DNA of 64,000 nt from Candidatus Bathyarchaeum tardum (GCA_024650005.2 CP122380.1:832001-896000), one strand, 5' to 3'; positions 49,156 through 60,392 are shown, counted from the stretch's first letter. Made by a program: numbers and translations. The notes: generated by a model not told the origin, from the sequence alone.

Positions 49156-49575
49156 ATGACCGAAAAAAAGAAAATGGCATTAGTCATACACAGCGGCACC
49201 GTAGACAAACTATTTTGTGCCTTCACATTAGCTTCCACAGCAGCAATCATGGACATGGAAGTGCACCTTTACTTCACGTTTTGGGGACTGAACATGCTCA
49301 AACAAGGAGCCATGGACAAAGCTGGACTTTCTGCAACATACAAAGAATACGAACCAATGATGCAAACCAAACTCAAAGAAATGAACTACCCCACCCCCTA
49401 CGAAATGCTCAAACGTATGAAAGCAACCGGAAACGTCAAAATCTACGCCTGTAGCCCAACCATGGAAATGTTCGGAGTGACAAAAGAAACCCTCATCCCA
49501 GAAGTCGACAAAATCGCAGGGGCAACAGCTTTCCTAGACATAGCAGCAGACGCAGACATCTCAATGGTAATATAA
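49156..49575 (+). CDS. DsrE/DsrF-like (DrsE_2) sulfur-relay protein
   Basis: SGTVDK, YFTFWGL, IYACSPTM and GATAFL motifs. Confidence 0.88.
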   Translation: MTEKKKMALVIHSGTVDKLFCAFTLASTAAIMDMEVHLYFTFWGLNMLKQGAMDKAGLSATYKEYEPMMQTKLKEMNYPTPYEMLKRMKATGNVKIYACSPTMEMFGVTKETLIPEVDKIAGATAFLDIAADADISMVI

Positions 49576-49829
49576 AATTTAAATGAAAACAACAACCCCT
49601 ATTCTTTTTTTAGATGTTCAAAATAAACACCATAAACGCAACCTGCATTTTATGGTCTATTATGGATTTTTACTGCCTTTTGCAGTCGATCTGGACGTAA
49701 TCTAACCCCATTTTCTTGCTTTATTGTGAAAAACACTTATATTTTTTCAAAAATTTTTTTGTACCGCACAGGAAAATAAAATTTCTGTAAACTATTTAGC
49801 CACCCAACGACCATTAGATAATATCAATT

Positions 49830-51584
49830 TTGCATGTTAACGAGGTTTTAGTAGTGACAAAAACCCCTGTATTGTGGTTACCCTGGAATCCTGAATCACT
49901 GCAGACGGCAAAACAGGCAGATAAACCAATTTTGTTAGACATCAGTGCAGTGTGGTGCCATTGGTGCCATGTTATGGACGAAAAAACGTATTCTGACCGC
50001 ACAGTTGCTAAATTAATTAACGACAAGTTTGTTCCCATCCGAGTGGACCGTGACCAGCGCCCTGATATCGATAAACGATACAACATGGGAGGATGGCCTA
50101 GCACAGTTTTTTTGACCCCAGAAGGGGAAATCCTGACTGGTGGCACTTATATTCCGGCGTTGCAGATGGCAACGATGCTGGATTATGTTAGCGAATTGTA
50201 CCAAAACAACAAGGATGATTTATTAAAGAAAATACAAGAACAAAAAAACGAGCAAACAACTCAGTATCCTGTAACTCCAGATGCAGGCAACGAAGAGTTA
50301 CCTTTGGTTATTGATGATTTACTTTTAGATATTGCTTCAAGGTTTGATTCCGTCCATGGAGGGTTTGGAGAAGCTCCAAAGTTTCCCCACAGCGAAGCCC
50401 TGAGGTTAGCTTTGTTAGAACATTTTCTTCGGGGTCATGAAGCTTTGTTAACAATCGTTAAAAAAACCCTTAGTGCAATGGCTGATGGGGGCATCTACGA
50501 CAAAGAGGAAAATGGATTTTTCCGTTATTCCACAACTCGGGATTGGCGTATGCCCCATTACGAAAAAATGTGTGAAGACAACGCTAAACTTTTGGTCAAC
50601 TACTTAGAAGCGTTTCAAGTTACAGGCGAACAAAAATTCAAAGAAACTGCCCACGGAATTTTAACATATGTCACCAGCAAATTAAGTGACCAACAAAACG
50701 GGGGATTCTACGGCAGCCAAGACGCTGACGAAATATATTATAAATTGAATTTGTTTGAACGCCAAACCAAGACCCCACCGACAATTGACAAAACCTTGTT
50801 TGTAAATTGGAATGCCATGATGGCTTCTTCGTATTTGCTCGCTTCGGTGGTTCTTGAAGAGCCAACATATGAAAAGTATGCTTTAAAGACTGTAAATATG
50901 TTGTTAGAAACGGCTTTCAGTCCGAAAGAAGGAATGAGCCACTTCATTATTGATAAAAAAGCCAATCTTTCAGGTCTTTTAACCGATCAAGTGTTTATGC
51001 TAAAATGTTTGATTGACTGCTATCAATTTACTGCTGATCGAAAGTTTTTGGCTTATGCACAAAAGCTTGCCCAGTTCATGATGGAAAAACTTTGGGATTC
51101 ATCGGGTGGTTTCTACGATAAACCCAAAGATCCAAATGCTTTTGGGGCATTGAAAAGGTCGGATAAACCTTTGGAAGAAAACAGTGTAGCATCAGAAGCA
51201 TTTTTAAGGCTTTATCAGTTAACAGGCAACACAAAATTTTTGGAAGTAGCCAAAAAAAGTTTGGAACAATTTGTTTCAGTTGCTAAAAAGTATGGGTTCA
51301 TGGCCTCCGGATATGGCTTAGCGGTTGAGTTGTATCTTCGTCCCGTTCAAGTGCACATAATCGGTGACATTAAAGATTCTCAAACCCAGAAATTAAGAAA
51401 ACAAAGTCTGAAAACCTATAACCCCCTAAAAACTATTGAAACAATACACCCCATTTTAGATGGCGACCGGTTGAAAGTTTTGAGTTATCACATACCCAAA
51501 AAGGCAACAGCCTACGTGTGTTCAGAAGGAAAATGCACTTCAACAACAAATCCCAATGAAATTACTGATAAGATAAGGGCGTAA
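49830..51584 (+). CDS. YyaL/SSP411 (DUF255) thioredoxin + alpha-toroid protein
   Basis: WCHWCHVM, RPDID, GGWP, APKFP and PHYEKM motifs. Confidence 0.92.
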   Translation: MHVNEVLVVTKTPVLWLPWNPESLQTAKQADKPILLDISAVWCHWCHVMDEKTYSDRTVAKLINDKFVPIRVDRDQRPDIDKRYNMGGWPSTVFLTPEGEILTGGTYIPALQMATMLDYVSELYQNNKDDLLKKIQEQKNEQTTQYPVTPDAGNEELPLVIDDLLLDIASRFDSVHGGFGEAPKFPHSEALRLALLEHFLRGHEALLTIVKKTLSAMADGGIYDKEENGFFRYSTTRDWRMPHYEKMCEDNAKLLVNYLEAFQVTGEQKFKETAHGILTYVTSKLSDQQNGGFYGSQDADEIYYKLNLFERQTKTPPTIDKTLFVNWNAMMASSYLLASVVLEEPTYEKYALKTVNMLLETAFSPKEGMSHFIIDKKANLSGLLTDQVFMLKCLIDCYQFTADRKFLAYAQKLAQFMMEKLWDSSGGFYDKPKDPNAFGALKRSDKPLEENSVASEAFLRLYQLTGNTKFLEVAKKSLEQFVSVAKKYGFMASGYGLAVELYLRPVQVHIIGDIKDSQTQKLRKQSLKTYNPLKTIETIHPILDGDRLKVLSYHIPKKATAYVCSEGKCTSTTNPNEITDKIRA

Positions 51585-51589
51585 TCGCT

Positions 51590-52255
51590 GTGGTCGAACA
51601 AACATTTAATGAAACAGAGCAGGACAAAAAAGAAAGAACTGAAAAAATTATCGAAATACTAGAAAAAGAATACCCCGAAGCAAAGACGTCTTTGTATTAC
51701 CAGAATCCTCTTGAAATTTTGGTTGCTACGATTCTTTCTGCCCAATGTACAGACAAACGGGTGAATATTGTTACAAAATCGCTGTTCAAGAAGTATCGAA
51801 CAGCACAAGATTACGCGAATGCTGATTTATCTGAACTTGAACAAGACATCAAATCCACGGGTTTTTACCGAAATAAAGCAAAAAATATTAAAAAAACGGG
51901 TTGGATGCTCGTAGAAAAATATGATTCTAAAGTTCCCCAGACAATGGAAGAGTTAATTAAACTTCCAGGGGTCGCTCGAAAAACTGCTAACATAGTTTTG
52001 TCAAACGCTTACGGAGTTATTGTAGGAATCGCTGTAGATACTCACGTTCGCAGAATTGCTAAACGGCTTGGGTTAACTTTAAACACCAATCCCGACAAAA
52101 TTGAAGCAGACCTAATGCAGATTGTTCCCAAAGAATACTGGAAACGGGTAACTAACCTGATAATATTTCATGGAAGAAAAGTCTGCACTGCAAGAAACCC
52201 CAAATGCAACCTGTGCAGCTTGAACAAGCTTTGTCCTTCAGCGTTTAATATCTAG
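51590..52255 (+). CDS. nth: Endonuclease III
   Basis: LSAQCTD, LPGVARKTAN, VDTHV and C-x6-C-x2-C-x5-C Fe-S motif. Confidence 0.96.
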   Translation: MVEQTFNETEQDKKERTEKIIEILEKEYPEAKTSLYYQNPLEILVATILSAQCTDKRVNIVTKSLFKKYRTAQDYANADLSELEQDIKSTGFYRNKAKNIKKTGWMLVEKYDSKVPQTMEELIKLPGVARKTANIVLSNAYGVIVGIAVDTHVRRIAKRLGLTLNTNPDKIEADLMQIVPKEYWKRVTNLIIFHGRKVCTARNPKCNLCSLNKLCPSAFNI

Positions 52256-52326
52256 CAACAATCCGACGGAAGTCTCCCGGTCAGTAATAGTTTATCCTTT
52301 TGTGTTGATGTTTAGTAACGTTTGTT

Positions 52327-52827
52327 TTATTTCAGTGTCAAATACAACAGGATTACCAGGGACAAAGTAGTAAACAGTTCTGGAATCATTGCAAATGGAC
52401 CTAAACCGAAAGCGTAGTAACCAAAAATCCATTGAATCAAAGGATTAGACGTAAGGGCATACAACAGCAAAGTCAACGAAAAGACTATCAATCCTAATGT
52501 AAATTCTGATTTTAATTTTAAGTACATATCAACGTATTCTGCCAGTAAGAAAATTAACAGCGTAGCATTTATTGACGAAAAAATTGTTTGGACTTTATAG
52601 TATAATTCGATATCTCCGACATAAGTGTAATTCTTTCCAGTTGTTATGCGGTTAAAAGGAACTGGTCGAGAATCAAAGATAGAAATGGGGCTGCTCCCAA
52701 AACGGGAGGACGCCAAATAGTCCGCAAACAATGCTACCACTAACAATAAGGCGAAGATTATCCAGATTTTAACGAATTTGTTCATTTGTAGCTTCACTTC
52801 TTTTTCTCCCTTTTTTGTTTTTTCCAT
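52327..52827 (-). CDS. Membrane protein paired with the wHTH regulator
   Basis: About 4 TMs, SEFTLGL..F motif; the true start is probably near 52785 (MNKFVK). Confidence 0.7.
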   Translation of the reverse strand: MEKTKKGEKEVKLQMNKFVKIWIIFALLLVVALFADYLASSRFGSSPISIFDSRPVPFNRITTGKNYTYVGDIELYYKVQTIFSSINATLLIFLLAEYVDMYLKLKSEFTLGLIVFSLTLLLYALTSNPLIQWIFGYYAFGLGPFAMIPELFTTLSLVILLYLTLK

Positions 52828-53132
52828 AATTTATTCACAATCTCCTCGAATAAACTGAAATTTTCTTCCAAATCAACAGACAAAAAATACGTGTTAGCGT
52901 ATCCGTCCCCTGTGGAAGTGATTAACCTGTTTTTTTCTAAAACTTTCAGGTGATGCCGTATTGTTCGGTAATCCATTTCAACTGAAGCTGCCAATTGGTT
53001 CGCATTCTGAGGTTGCTCATGCAGGATTTCAATTATCTTTGCACGAGTTAATCCACCCCTACTTCCTGCAATAAGCCAACCAAGCAAGTACTTCAAAGGG
53101 CGGACCCGAACAGACATCAATAGTTCCTCCAA
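52794..53132 (-). CDS. ArsR-like winged-helix regulator
   Basis: WLIAGSRGG..R..I, PQNANQLA...DYRTIRHHLKVL motifs. Confidence 0.88.
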   Translation of the reverse strand: MEELLMSVRVRPLKYLLGWLIAGSRGGLTRAKIIEILHEQPQNANQLAASVEMDYRTIRHHLKVLEKNRLITSTGDGYANTYFLSVDLEENFSLFEEIVNKLWKKQKREKKK

Positions 53133-53290
53133 AAAAACCAGAGTTTAATCGAGATGACTTGAAATAGTAATAGCTGAAAATTTGCTGTTTTATTTTTTGT
53201 GACCTTGGAAAACAAATTCAATTTGTTGCTTTTAAGTTCCAAGGCAAACAGTTTTTTCCACCACATAATCAAAGGCGTGAAAAGTTAAAT

Positions 53291-53842
53291 TTAACTAAAT
53301 TCGGTGTTTGAACTGGAAACAAAAAGTCCACTTATTATTGCAAACAAGAACACTGTTACTTCAGCAAACATCAGTATTGATCTAACATCAAAGGAATACG
53401 AATACGAAGGCGTAAATACATAGATTACAAACACTGCAAGTATAAGGGAAAGGATTCCGATCATAGAAAATTTGAAGTTAGTCTTTTTTAGCATGAACAT
53501 TCCGCTTGCCATTGCACATATGGAGCAGATGATAGAAACAGCTCCAAAGACTAAGAATCCTTGCAAGTCTGAGGGCAAAACAGTTGAACCAAAATAATCA
53601 ACCAAAGAAGCATACTGGTATAATCCAACATAACCAACACTGGCAATGAAAGCTGCAGAAATTAAGGTTAAAATCGCTGCAGCAAAAACCAAATCTGGTT
53701 GTTTATGTTGCAGTTGAACTGAATTTGATTGTTTTTCGTCATTTTCAGTTAAAACAAATTTGCTGCAGTCCGGGCAAACTTCATTTTCGTCAATAATAAC
53801 GTCTTTTCCACAATTTGGACAAATCAATAGGTACACAACCAC
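53291..53842 (-). CDS. Zn-ribbon membrane protein
   Basis: CPNCG...CPDC plus 4 TMs. Confidence 0.7.
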   Translation of the reverse strand: MVVYLLICPNCGKDVIIDENEVCPDCSKFVLTENDEKQSNSVQLQHKQPDLVFAAAILTLISAAFIASVGYVGLYQYASLVDYFGSTVLPSDLQGFLVFGAVSIICSICAMASGMFMLKKTNFKFSMIGILSLILAVFVIYVFTPSYSYSFDVRSILMFAEVTVFLFAIISGLFVSSSNTEFS

Positions 53843-54446
53843 TTTTCAGCTTTGAATTTTGGCGGGATGGTAAAAAATTCACAAGAGTGAATATTTAAGG
53901 TTATTTCAGAATTGAAGAGAAAATACGAAATTAATCGCAAACCAATAGGTGTTTTTTAGAATTTTTATTTTTCCAGTGCCATCATCCTAGTTAATTTGCA
54001 ATATATGCATCACTTATCCTACGATTCTCACGATACTGTACTGGTTGGGACAACAATTACTGCTATAGTGACTGACAAAAAAAAATATCCTGCACATAAA
54101 CGCAAAAAACAAGGAAAAGCTGAAAAGAGCGATAATAATAACCAGAAACTGGTTATCCTCTGATTTTTTCGAGTTCAACTAATGTCAATTTTTTCTCTTT
54201 CTAATCTTCTCGTCTGGTTACTATAAATTATTTATAAATAAAAATTCTAGAAAAATAAATCAAAGAAATGCGCCCTTAGTTGATGTTATTTTCGGCGTGC
54301 CCACACAGCTAATTGAAAGAAACAAGATAAATCATAGGCAAAATAGCATAATCTTCTCGCTCACATATTATGTATTTTCATTTTTAGTACCACCCTGCTT
54401 AGGCTGGAAGGGTTATCATTTGGGGATAAATTGAGAAATCTTCACC

Positions 54447-55205
54447 TTGTTTTCTTGCAGAAGCTCCATTTTTAACCCCAAAAGTTTTAACCTTTTTTTT
54501 TTAACTTTCCTTTGTGGTATGATGTTATCAATTATAATTACTTCTCTAACTGCAAACAATCAGACTTCTAAGTCTTTGCAGCAACTTGATTTTGAACACG
54601 AAATCATACTGGCAACTGAGAAGGGTCTAGGGCTTGCTCGTAACAAAGGAGCTGAACGTGCAAAAGGGGATCTCCTTGTTTTTTTGGATTCTGACCTTAA
54701 AGTGTATCCTGCTCTTTGGTCTGTTGTTCACAGTTTGCCTATTGGCAGCTTCGCTATGGCTTATGAGGGTTTTAGCCATGGTGGAACGCCTCAGCCTGTA
54801 ACAAGAGTTTTGGCGATTCACAAGCAAGACTTTCAAAAAATCAGGTTTGATGAGTCAATTCAATATTGTGGGGAAGACCGGGACTTTTTTTTAACCTGTT
54901 ATGAGAAAGGGCTGACGCCAAAATACGTGAGACCTGCAGGTTATTATGAACACATAGATCATCCTTTGAGAATTGAAAACAGGCTTGTTCTGTTTAAAGA
55001 ATCTTACGAACTTGCATACGTTTTGCGAAAACACGGTGCCACAACACGGGTCTACAAAAGCTTCAGAAGGTGGCTATTTCCGTTTATGTTCAAAAAATCT
55101 TATGTGAAATTGTCGATTAAATCATTTGCTGTAAAGTTTTCAATATCAATGGTTAGAGATTTTTGTATTTTAATTCATCTGTTTACAAGAGTTGATAAAA
55201 ATTAA
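54447..55205 (+). CDS. Stand-alone GT2 glycosyltransferase
   Basis: ARNKGA..AKGDLLVFLDSD and FDE...GEDRD motifs; the true start is probably MMLSIII at ~54519. Confidence 0.8.
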   Translation: MFSCRSSIFNPKSFNLFFLTFLCGMMLSIIITSLTANNQTSKSLQQLDFEHEIILATEKGLGLARNKGAERAKGDLLVFLDSDLKVYPALWSVVHSLPIGSFAMAYEGFSHGGTPQPVTRVLAIHKQDFQKIRFDESIQYCGEDRDFFLTCYEKGLTPKYVRPAGYYEHIDHPLRIENRLVLFKESYELAYVLRKHGATTRVYKSFRRWLFPFMFKKSYVKLSIKSFAVKFSISMVRDFCILIHLFTRVDKN

Positions 55206-55540
55206 TCTTGATATTGTCTTTGGGTTTGGGTTGAAATTTTAACCAAAAAACAGTTCTTGATTTGACTTAATCTTAAAATTTTGAGATCAATCACCAGTTT
55301 ATGGATTATTCTTTATCCTTTGAAAATTGAACTAATAATCAGGACCTTTAATTGAAGCAAATATAAAGCGATTACAAAATGATGTTTTTGTCCGAAGAAG
55401 TGAACCAAATGATTTCTCTGTTTTTGGTTTTTAGTTATTGTTTGTGAAAAACTCGAATAATACTAAATTTGGATATGAATGATTTGAAGAAATTCTTAAA
55501 AAACTAAACAAAAGAAAAAATAAATAAGAATTTTAGTGAT

Positions 55541-56182
55541 TTAGGAATCTAATTTTTTGAAAACATACATACATCCTACTTTGTCAGGATATTCATGCTC
55601 TTTTAACCTTTGAAAATTATTTTTTTCAAATATACTCATGTAATCATCAAACGACCTGAAATACTGGTATTTGGTGTCTGTTGTGGAGGGAAAAAAGAGG
55701 TATTTTAAATAACCTAAATTTCGTTTTTTAAACAGTCTCCGCAATGCGTTTGAACGAGAAAAGGGATTTTTCTTCCAAGTGTAAATGAACAAATATTTTG
55801 AAGAATAGCGACACACATTATCAACAGTTTTAACAAATGAATCTTCATCCATGATGTGAAATAACATATCAAAACAGAACACAATTGGAGCTTTGAGGTT
55901 TTCAATAAACCTATCTGAAGAGGAATGAATAAACTTCCATTGAGGACGAGTAGCTTTGTTTTTCTTCAAAATTGTTTCAGAGATGTCTATTCCTGTATAA
56001 TTTTTGCAATCTCGACCTAGCCAAAAAGTAAGGTCTCCACAACCCACATCAACAACATTTTCAACTATATTTACTTCTTCATCAATAATTTTCCATTTCC
56101 AATCTCTAGATTCGTCAACAGAGCCTTCTCCACTTGTTCCACCTTGTTTGTATCTTCTTTCCCAGTAACTAAGTTGAAACAT
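55541..56182 (-). CDS. Class I SAM-dependent methyltransferase
   Basis: YWERRY..GGTSGEGS, VDVGCGD, YTGIDIS and DMLFHI motifs. Confidence 0.85.
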   Translation of the reverse strand: MFQLSYWERRYKQGGTSGEGSVDESRDWKWKIIDEEVNIVENVVDVGCGDLTFWLGRDCKNYTGIDISETILKKNKATRPQWKFIHSSSDRFIENLKAPIVFCFDMLFHIMDEDSFVKTVDNVCRYSSKYLFIYTWKKNPFSRSNALRRLFKKRNLGYLKYLFFPSTTDTKYQYFRSFDDYMSIFEKNNFQRLKEHEYPDKVGCMYVFKKLDS

Positions 56183-56397
56183 ACTTGTTCAAAACGTTAC
56201 TCAACTATATTTTATTTACCCCGTTTTTTGTTCCATGTTTTAAGGATTGATATTGAAATTCAATCATGGATAACGCTATAACGCCGTAAATTTAAAACCT
56301 TAAACGTAAACATTACCCCTTTTGTCATTAATATATCATTTTAATTAAACTAAACTTTATTTTTGGTTATTCAACCTTTTTATCAGGTAGATTTTGG

Positions 56398-56754
56398 TTG
56401 AATTTTGAAAAATTCTTTTATACTATTTTTTATGGTGAGTCAGATGAACAGGCGCTATTGGTGAAAAATGTGATTCGGACGTCGGGGATGGGAACTCAAA
56501 ACGTGTTTGAAATGGGTGTTGTATTGATTAGAAACACCACATGGAAGTGTGGAAAAGTGGAACGACTGATAATAAACTATTTGCGAAATCATATTCATCA
56601 CCGAAGTTCTAATAAATATTCCATGAAAGAAATGCTTGAGCACTTCAATTCTAAAGGCAAACACGACACTCAGGTTCTTGATGCGGTTGACCGACTGGAA
56701 AACCGGGGAATAATCAAACTAGTACCAAACTCAAGCGATGAAAATATCGAATAA
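56398..56754 (+). CDS. Small hypothetical protein (wHTH-like C-terminus); true start probably ~56524
   Basis: IINYLR...MKEMLEHF...LDAVDRLENRGIIKL. Confidence 0.5.
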   Translation: MNFEKFFYTIFYGESDEQALLVKNVIRTSGMGTQNVFEMGVVLIRNTTWKCGKVERLIINYLRNHIHHRSSNKYSMKEMLEHFNSKGKHDTQVLDAVDRLENRGIIKLVPNSSDENIE

Positions 56755-56781
56755 TCCGAAGGAAAAAAGGAGGGAAACCAA

Positions 56782-58020
56782 TTGGAAACAACTTATGAAC
56801 AACCAAGACCCTCACGCAAATGGACATCGTTGATTGTTGCAGTTTTGGTAATCAGTTTAGTTGTTGGAGCCTTTTCAGGTTATTTAACATGTTTTTTTGC
56901 TACTTCTGGAGAAATTGATGAACTACAAAATCAAGTTACTAATCTTCAGGGACAACTTGCTCAGGTTCAATCCAGTCAAAGCAGCAATAACCAAAATCTT
57001 ATCGTCACTACGGTGAGTAATGCTTCAGTTTCCCAGTTATATGCCCAAGTTGCAGATTCAGTTGTTGTTATCCGGGGAATGATTTCTTACAATGACTTTT
57101 TTGGTCGCGTGTATTATTCACAAGTTCAGGGCTCAGGTTTTGTTTACACTTTTGCAGGACAAAATGTGATTATTACAAACTCCCACGTAATAGAGGGCGC
57201 AACTGGTATTACTGTAACTTTTGTAAACGGTAACGCTTACTCTGCAACTGTTCTGGGCTCTGACCCATACGCAGAGTTGGCTGTTCTTTCTACTGATGCT
57301 CCGGAAGAAGAATTTGTTCCCCTTGAAATTACTAGTTCATCCAATTTGCAGGTTGGCGACCCAGTTATCGTTGTGGGCACTCCTTATGGACTTGCAGGGT
57401 CAATGAGCACTGGATACGTTAGCGCCTTAGGTCGAACCTTAACCGCTGAAACAACAGGGGGCTATGTGATAGCAAATGTAATTCAAACAACTGCTGCACT
57501 TAACCCGGGAAACTCGGGGGGTCCAGTTCTAAACTATAACGGTGAAGTAATTGGAATAGCAACAGCCATTTTTGCAAACTCTGAAGGGTTAGGATTTGCA
57601 ATACCGTCTAACACTATTCTAAGAGAAATTGAAGCATTAGTTAATGAGGGCTACTACAACGACCATCCATGGCTTGGTGCATCGGGAGTGGACATGAATT
57701 ATGAAATTGCTCAAGAAATGGAAGTTGACGTTACTTACGGCTGGCTTATTGCTAACGTTTCTAACGGAGGACCTTCAGACCAAGCAGGATTACACGGAGG
57801 AACCCAACAGGTTATAGTTGCAGACGAAAATGTAGTTGTTGGAGGAGATATCATAATAGCAATTAATGGAACCCGAATAACTGGAATAGATGACATGTCT
57901 TCATACTTATCAGAGTACACACTACCGGGGGACGTAGTTGAGTTAACAGTAATTCGCAACAACGAAACAATTAGCATAGACCTAGAATTAGGAACCCGAC
58001 CAACCACTGCAAACTTGTAA
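56782..58020 (+). CDS. htrA: HtrA/DegP-like membrane serine protease with PDZ domain
   Basis: TM, coiled coil, GSGF, TNSHV, NPGNSGGP and PDZ GDIIIAING. Confidence 0.92.
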   Translation: METTYEQPRPSRKWTSLIVAVLVISLVVGAFSGYLTCFFATSGEIDELQNQVTNLQGQLAQVQSSQSSNNQNLIVTTVSNASVSQLYAQVADSVVVIRGMISYNDFFGRVYYSQVQGSGFVYTFAGQNVIITNSHVIEGATGITVTFVNGNAYSATVLGSDPYAELAVLSTDAPEEEFVPLEITSSSNLQVGDPVIVVGTPYGLAGSMSTGYVSALGRTLTAETTGGYVIANVIQTTAALNPGNSGGPVLNYNGEVIGIATAIFANSEGLGFAIPSNTILREIEALVNEGYYNDHPWLGASGVDMNYEIAQEMEVDVTYGWLIANVSNGGPSDQAGLHGGTQQVIVADENVVVGGDIIIAINGTRITGIDDMSSYLSEYTLPGDVVELTVIRNNETISIDLELGTRPTTANL

Positions 58021-58039
58021 CTGCAACAAAAAATAACCT

Positions 58040-58894
58040 TTATTTCTCCAATATGTTCAGCAAAGCCAAAGTAGCATAAATTGCCTCTTCGGTTCTTACT
58101 GTTTTTGTTCCCTGATTTGGAATCGTGTTAATGTTGTAATCCGTTATTTGCTCTAGGCTTAGTTTTTCTTTTGCAACAATTTTTTGCAGTCCCTGAGAAG
58201 GCGCCCCAAAACCTACTAAAATTTTCTTTGAGTTATTCCATTTTTCAGACAACTCATCTGCAACTTTCTGGAAGTATACGCCCATTTTAGATGTAGCAAC
58301 CACTAAATCGTAGTTACGGGACTTAATCAGTTGACCAAAGGAACCTTTTGCTGTTGTTACAGTATAACCCCAATATTGATTGATGTTTACAGGATTAGCT
58401 AGGGCTAATTTTTTGGTTTTCCCAACCTGCACTATTTCTACTGTAACCCTTCGGTTAACAGGAAGCTTTTGTTCAGGAAGCAAAAGTGCATTTTCAACGC
58501 CGATATCAACAAAAGAACCCTTGTTGTTAACAGAAACCACAACCCCTTCCCGGTATTCTCCTTTTTTGAGTTTGTTTACTTGACTTTCTAAAGGGTGATG
58601 AGGAGTACGTAAGGGAGGCAAAATTCCAGCATATTTTAGTTCAGGTTTTAGTTGGAACAACCTTTTTCTCAGATACTGCGGAGTTTCCATGTATGCCAAC
58701 AAAGTAGCGATTAAGCCGCGATCCCTTTTTTGATTAGGTCCCCCTTCTTGGTCGGAATAAATTACAATTTCATTTACTTGGAAAATGGCTGCAGCCCTGC
58801 CGATTAAACCAATTTCTAGGGTTTTTTCTCGCAGATGGGGAATATCTGAAATTACCGAAGCAGGTATTGCAATTACAAGTTTTCGTTTATGCAT
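58040..58894 (-). CDS. SPOUT RNA methyltransferase (DUF171/MTH1-like)
   Basis: GRAAAIF, ETPQYLRK, GILPPLRTPHH and PNQGTKTVRTEEA motifs. Confidence 0.92.
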   Translation of the reverse strand: MHKRKLVIAIPASVISDIPHLREKTLEIGLIGRAAAIFQVNEIVIYSDQEGGPNQKRDRGLIATLLAYMETPQYLRKRLFQLKPELKYAGILPPLRTPHHPLESQVNKLKKGEYREGVVVSVNNKGSFVDIGVENALLLPEQKLPVNRRVTVEIVQVGKTKKLALANPVNINQYWGYTVTTAKGSFGQLIKSRNYDLVVATSKMGVYFQKVADELSEKWNNSKKILVGFGAPSQGLQKIVAKEKLSLEQITDYNINTIPNQGTKTVRTEEAIYATLALLNILEK

Positions 58895-59153
58895 TATAGT
58901 TTTTCTCCTGGGAATGTCTATGAATCAGACAAAACCTGCATGCCATTGATTTTGTGGGAGCAGTTTCAAAGATTTTTTCGACATCAAAGGCATTAGTTTC
59001 TTGCATGGTTTTTAAACCTTGTTTGAAGTTAAAGATGATTCATAGAATGTTGTGTTACCATCCTCAAACAAGAACAAATACTTAGCGTTCAACTCGTCAC
59101 CGTTTCAATCATCTAGGTACCGTTAAAAACTAGCTCATTTGTATCAATAGGCT

Positions 59154-60392
59154 CTACTTGTAACCGTGAAATCCCTTTCTTGCTTTTTTTCCTGTCCAGC
59201 CTTTTTCTACATATTTTTTGAGCATAGGACAGGGTTTGTACAACTCTATGGAAAACTGGTCGTAAGCAGATTCTAACGTATCTAGAACATTATCTAATCC
59301 TTGGATGTCCGCGTATTCACAGGGACCATACGTCCATCCTGTTCCTAGCTTCATGCCCAAATCAATGCTTTTTGGGTCTGCAATGCCTTCAAAAATAATC
59401 CACGTTGCCTCGTTTACTGCAACCGCCCATGAACGGTTCACATTATATTTTCCTTCAAGTTTTTCTGGGATTTCTGGTCTGCCTTTGTTCCAATCATAAA
59501 ATCCTTGACCTGTTTTTTTGCCTAGATTGTTTAATTCAATTAAGGGTTCGGTTATTTTTAGATGTGGATAAAATCTTTTTCCGTGGGCTTCATGCAATAT
59601 TTTGCTAACGTCATGTTCAATGTCTACTCCAACAAAATCGATCAGTTCAAACCAGCCCATTGGAAATCTGCCACAATATTTTATTGCGGAATCAATTTCT
59701 TCTATTGTTGCTTCTTTGCGGGTATACGTCCAGAAAGCCTCGTTGAAAACTGAAACAAGAATCCTGCTAACAATAAACCCTCGCGCATCTTTCTTGCAAA
59801 GAATAGGGGTTTTTCCAAGTTTTTTGCCTACATTCATTGTAGCGTTTAATGTCGCCGTGTTGGTGTCGTTGCCTTTAATCACTTCTATCAAATTAATCAA
59901 TGGGGGTGGAATAAACCAGTGCATCCCTACTGTTTTTTCTGGTTTTTTTGTTGCCCGTCCAATCTCAGTTACACTTAAGGCAGAAGTATTCGAAGCAATT
60001 ATTGCATGCAGGGGAGCATACTTGTCAATCTTGGAAAAAATCTGCTTTTTCAGTTGCATATTTTCTGAAACTGACTCCACGACTAAATCAACATCCAATA
60101 AACCTTCCCTGTATGAGTCACTTGTCCTGATTCGAGACAAAGCAGTCTGCATATCTTCTTGACTCATACTGCCTTTTTCTGCTAACTTGCTTAGGCTCCA
60201 CTCAATATTTTGAACTGCATTTTCTAGGTTGGCTTTATTTCTGCTCAAAAGGGTCACATCAAAACCATTAACTGCAAAACACTGAGCAATACCGTGGCCC
60301 ATTAAGCCTGTTCCGATAACTGCTACCCGCTGAATGTTTGTGTCTGCCGTTTTTCTCACCTTAATTTCATGCTGGAACAAACTCGTAGGCAA
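59154..60392 (-). CDS. 3-hydroxyacyl-CoA dehydrogenase
   Basis: GTGLMGHGIA, SNTS, GMHW, duplicated C-terminal domain with GKKTGQGFY; start uncertain. Confidence 0.92.
   Translation of the reverse strand: MPTSLFQHEIKVRKTADTNIQRVAVIGTGLMGHGIAQCFAVNGFDVTLLSRNKANLENAVQNIEWSLSKLAEKGSMSQEDMQTALSRIRTSDSYREGLLDVDLVVESVSENMQLKKQIFSKIDKYAPLHAIIASNTSALSVTEIGRATKKPEKTVGMHWFIPPPLINLIEVIKGNDTNTATLNATMNVGKKLGKTPILCKKDARGFIVSRILVSVFNEAFWTYTRKEATIEEIDSAIKYCGRFPMGWFELIDFVGVDIEHDVSKILHEAHGKRFYPHLKITEPLIELNNLGKKTGQGFYDWNKGRPEIPEKLEGKYNVNRSWAVAVNEATWIIFEGIADPKSIDLGMKLGTGWTYGPCEYADIQGLDNVLDTLESAYDQFSIELYKPCPMLKKYVEKGWTGKKARKGFHGYK

Noticed and set aside
54014-54178. Short hydrophobic minus-strand ORF (~54 aa)
   Set aside because: No recognisable family; the hydrophobicity may come from T-rich DNA.
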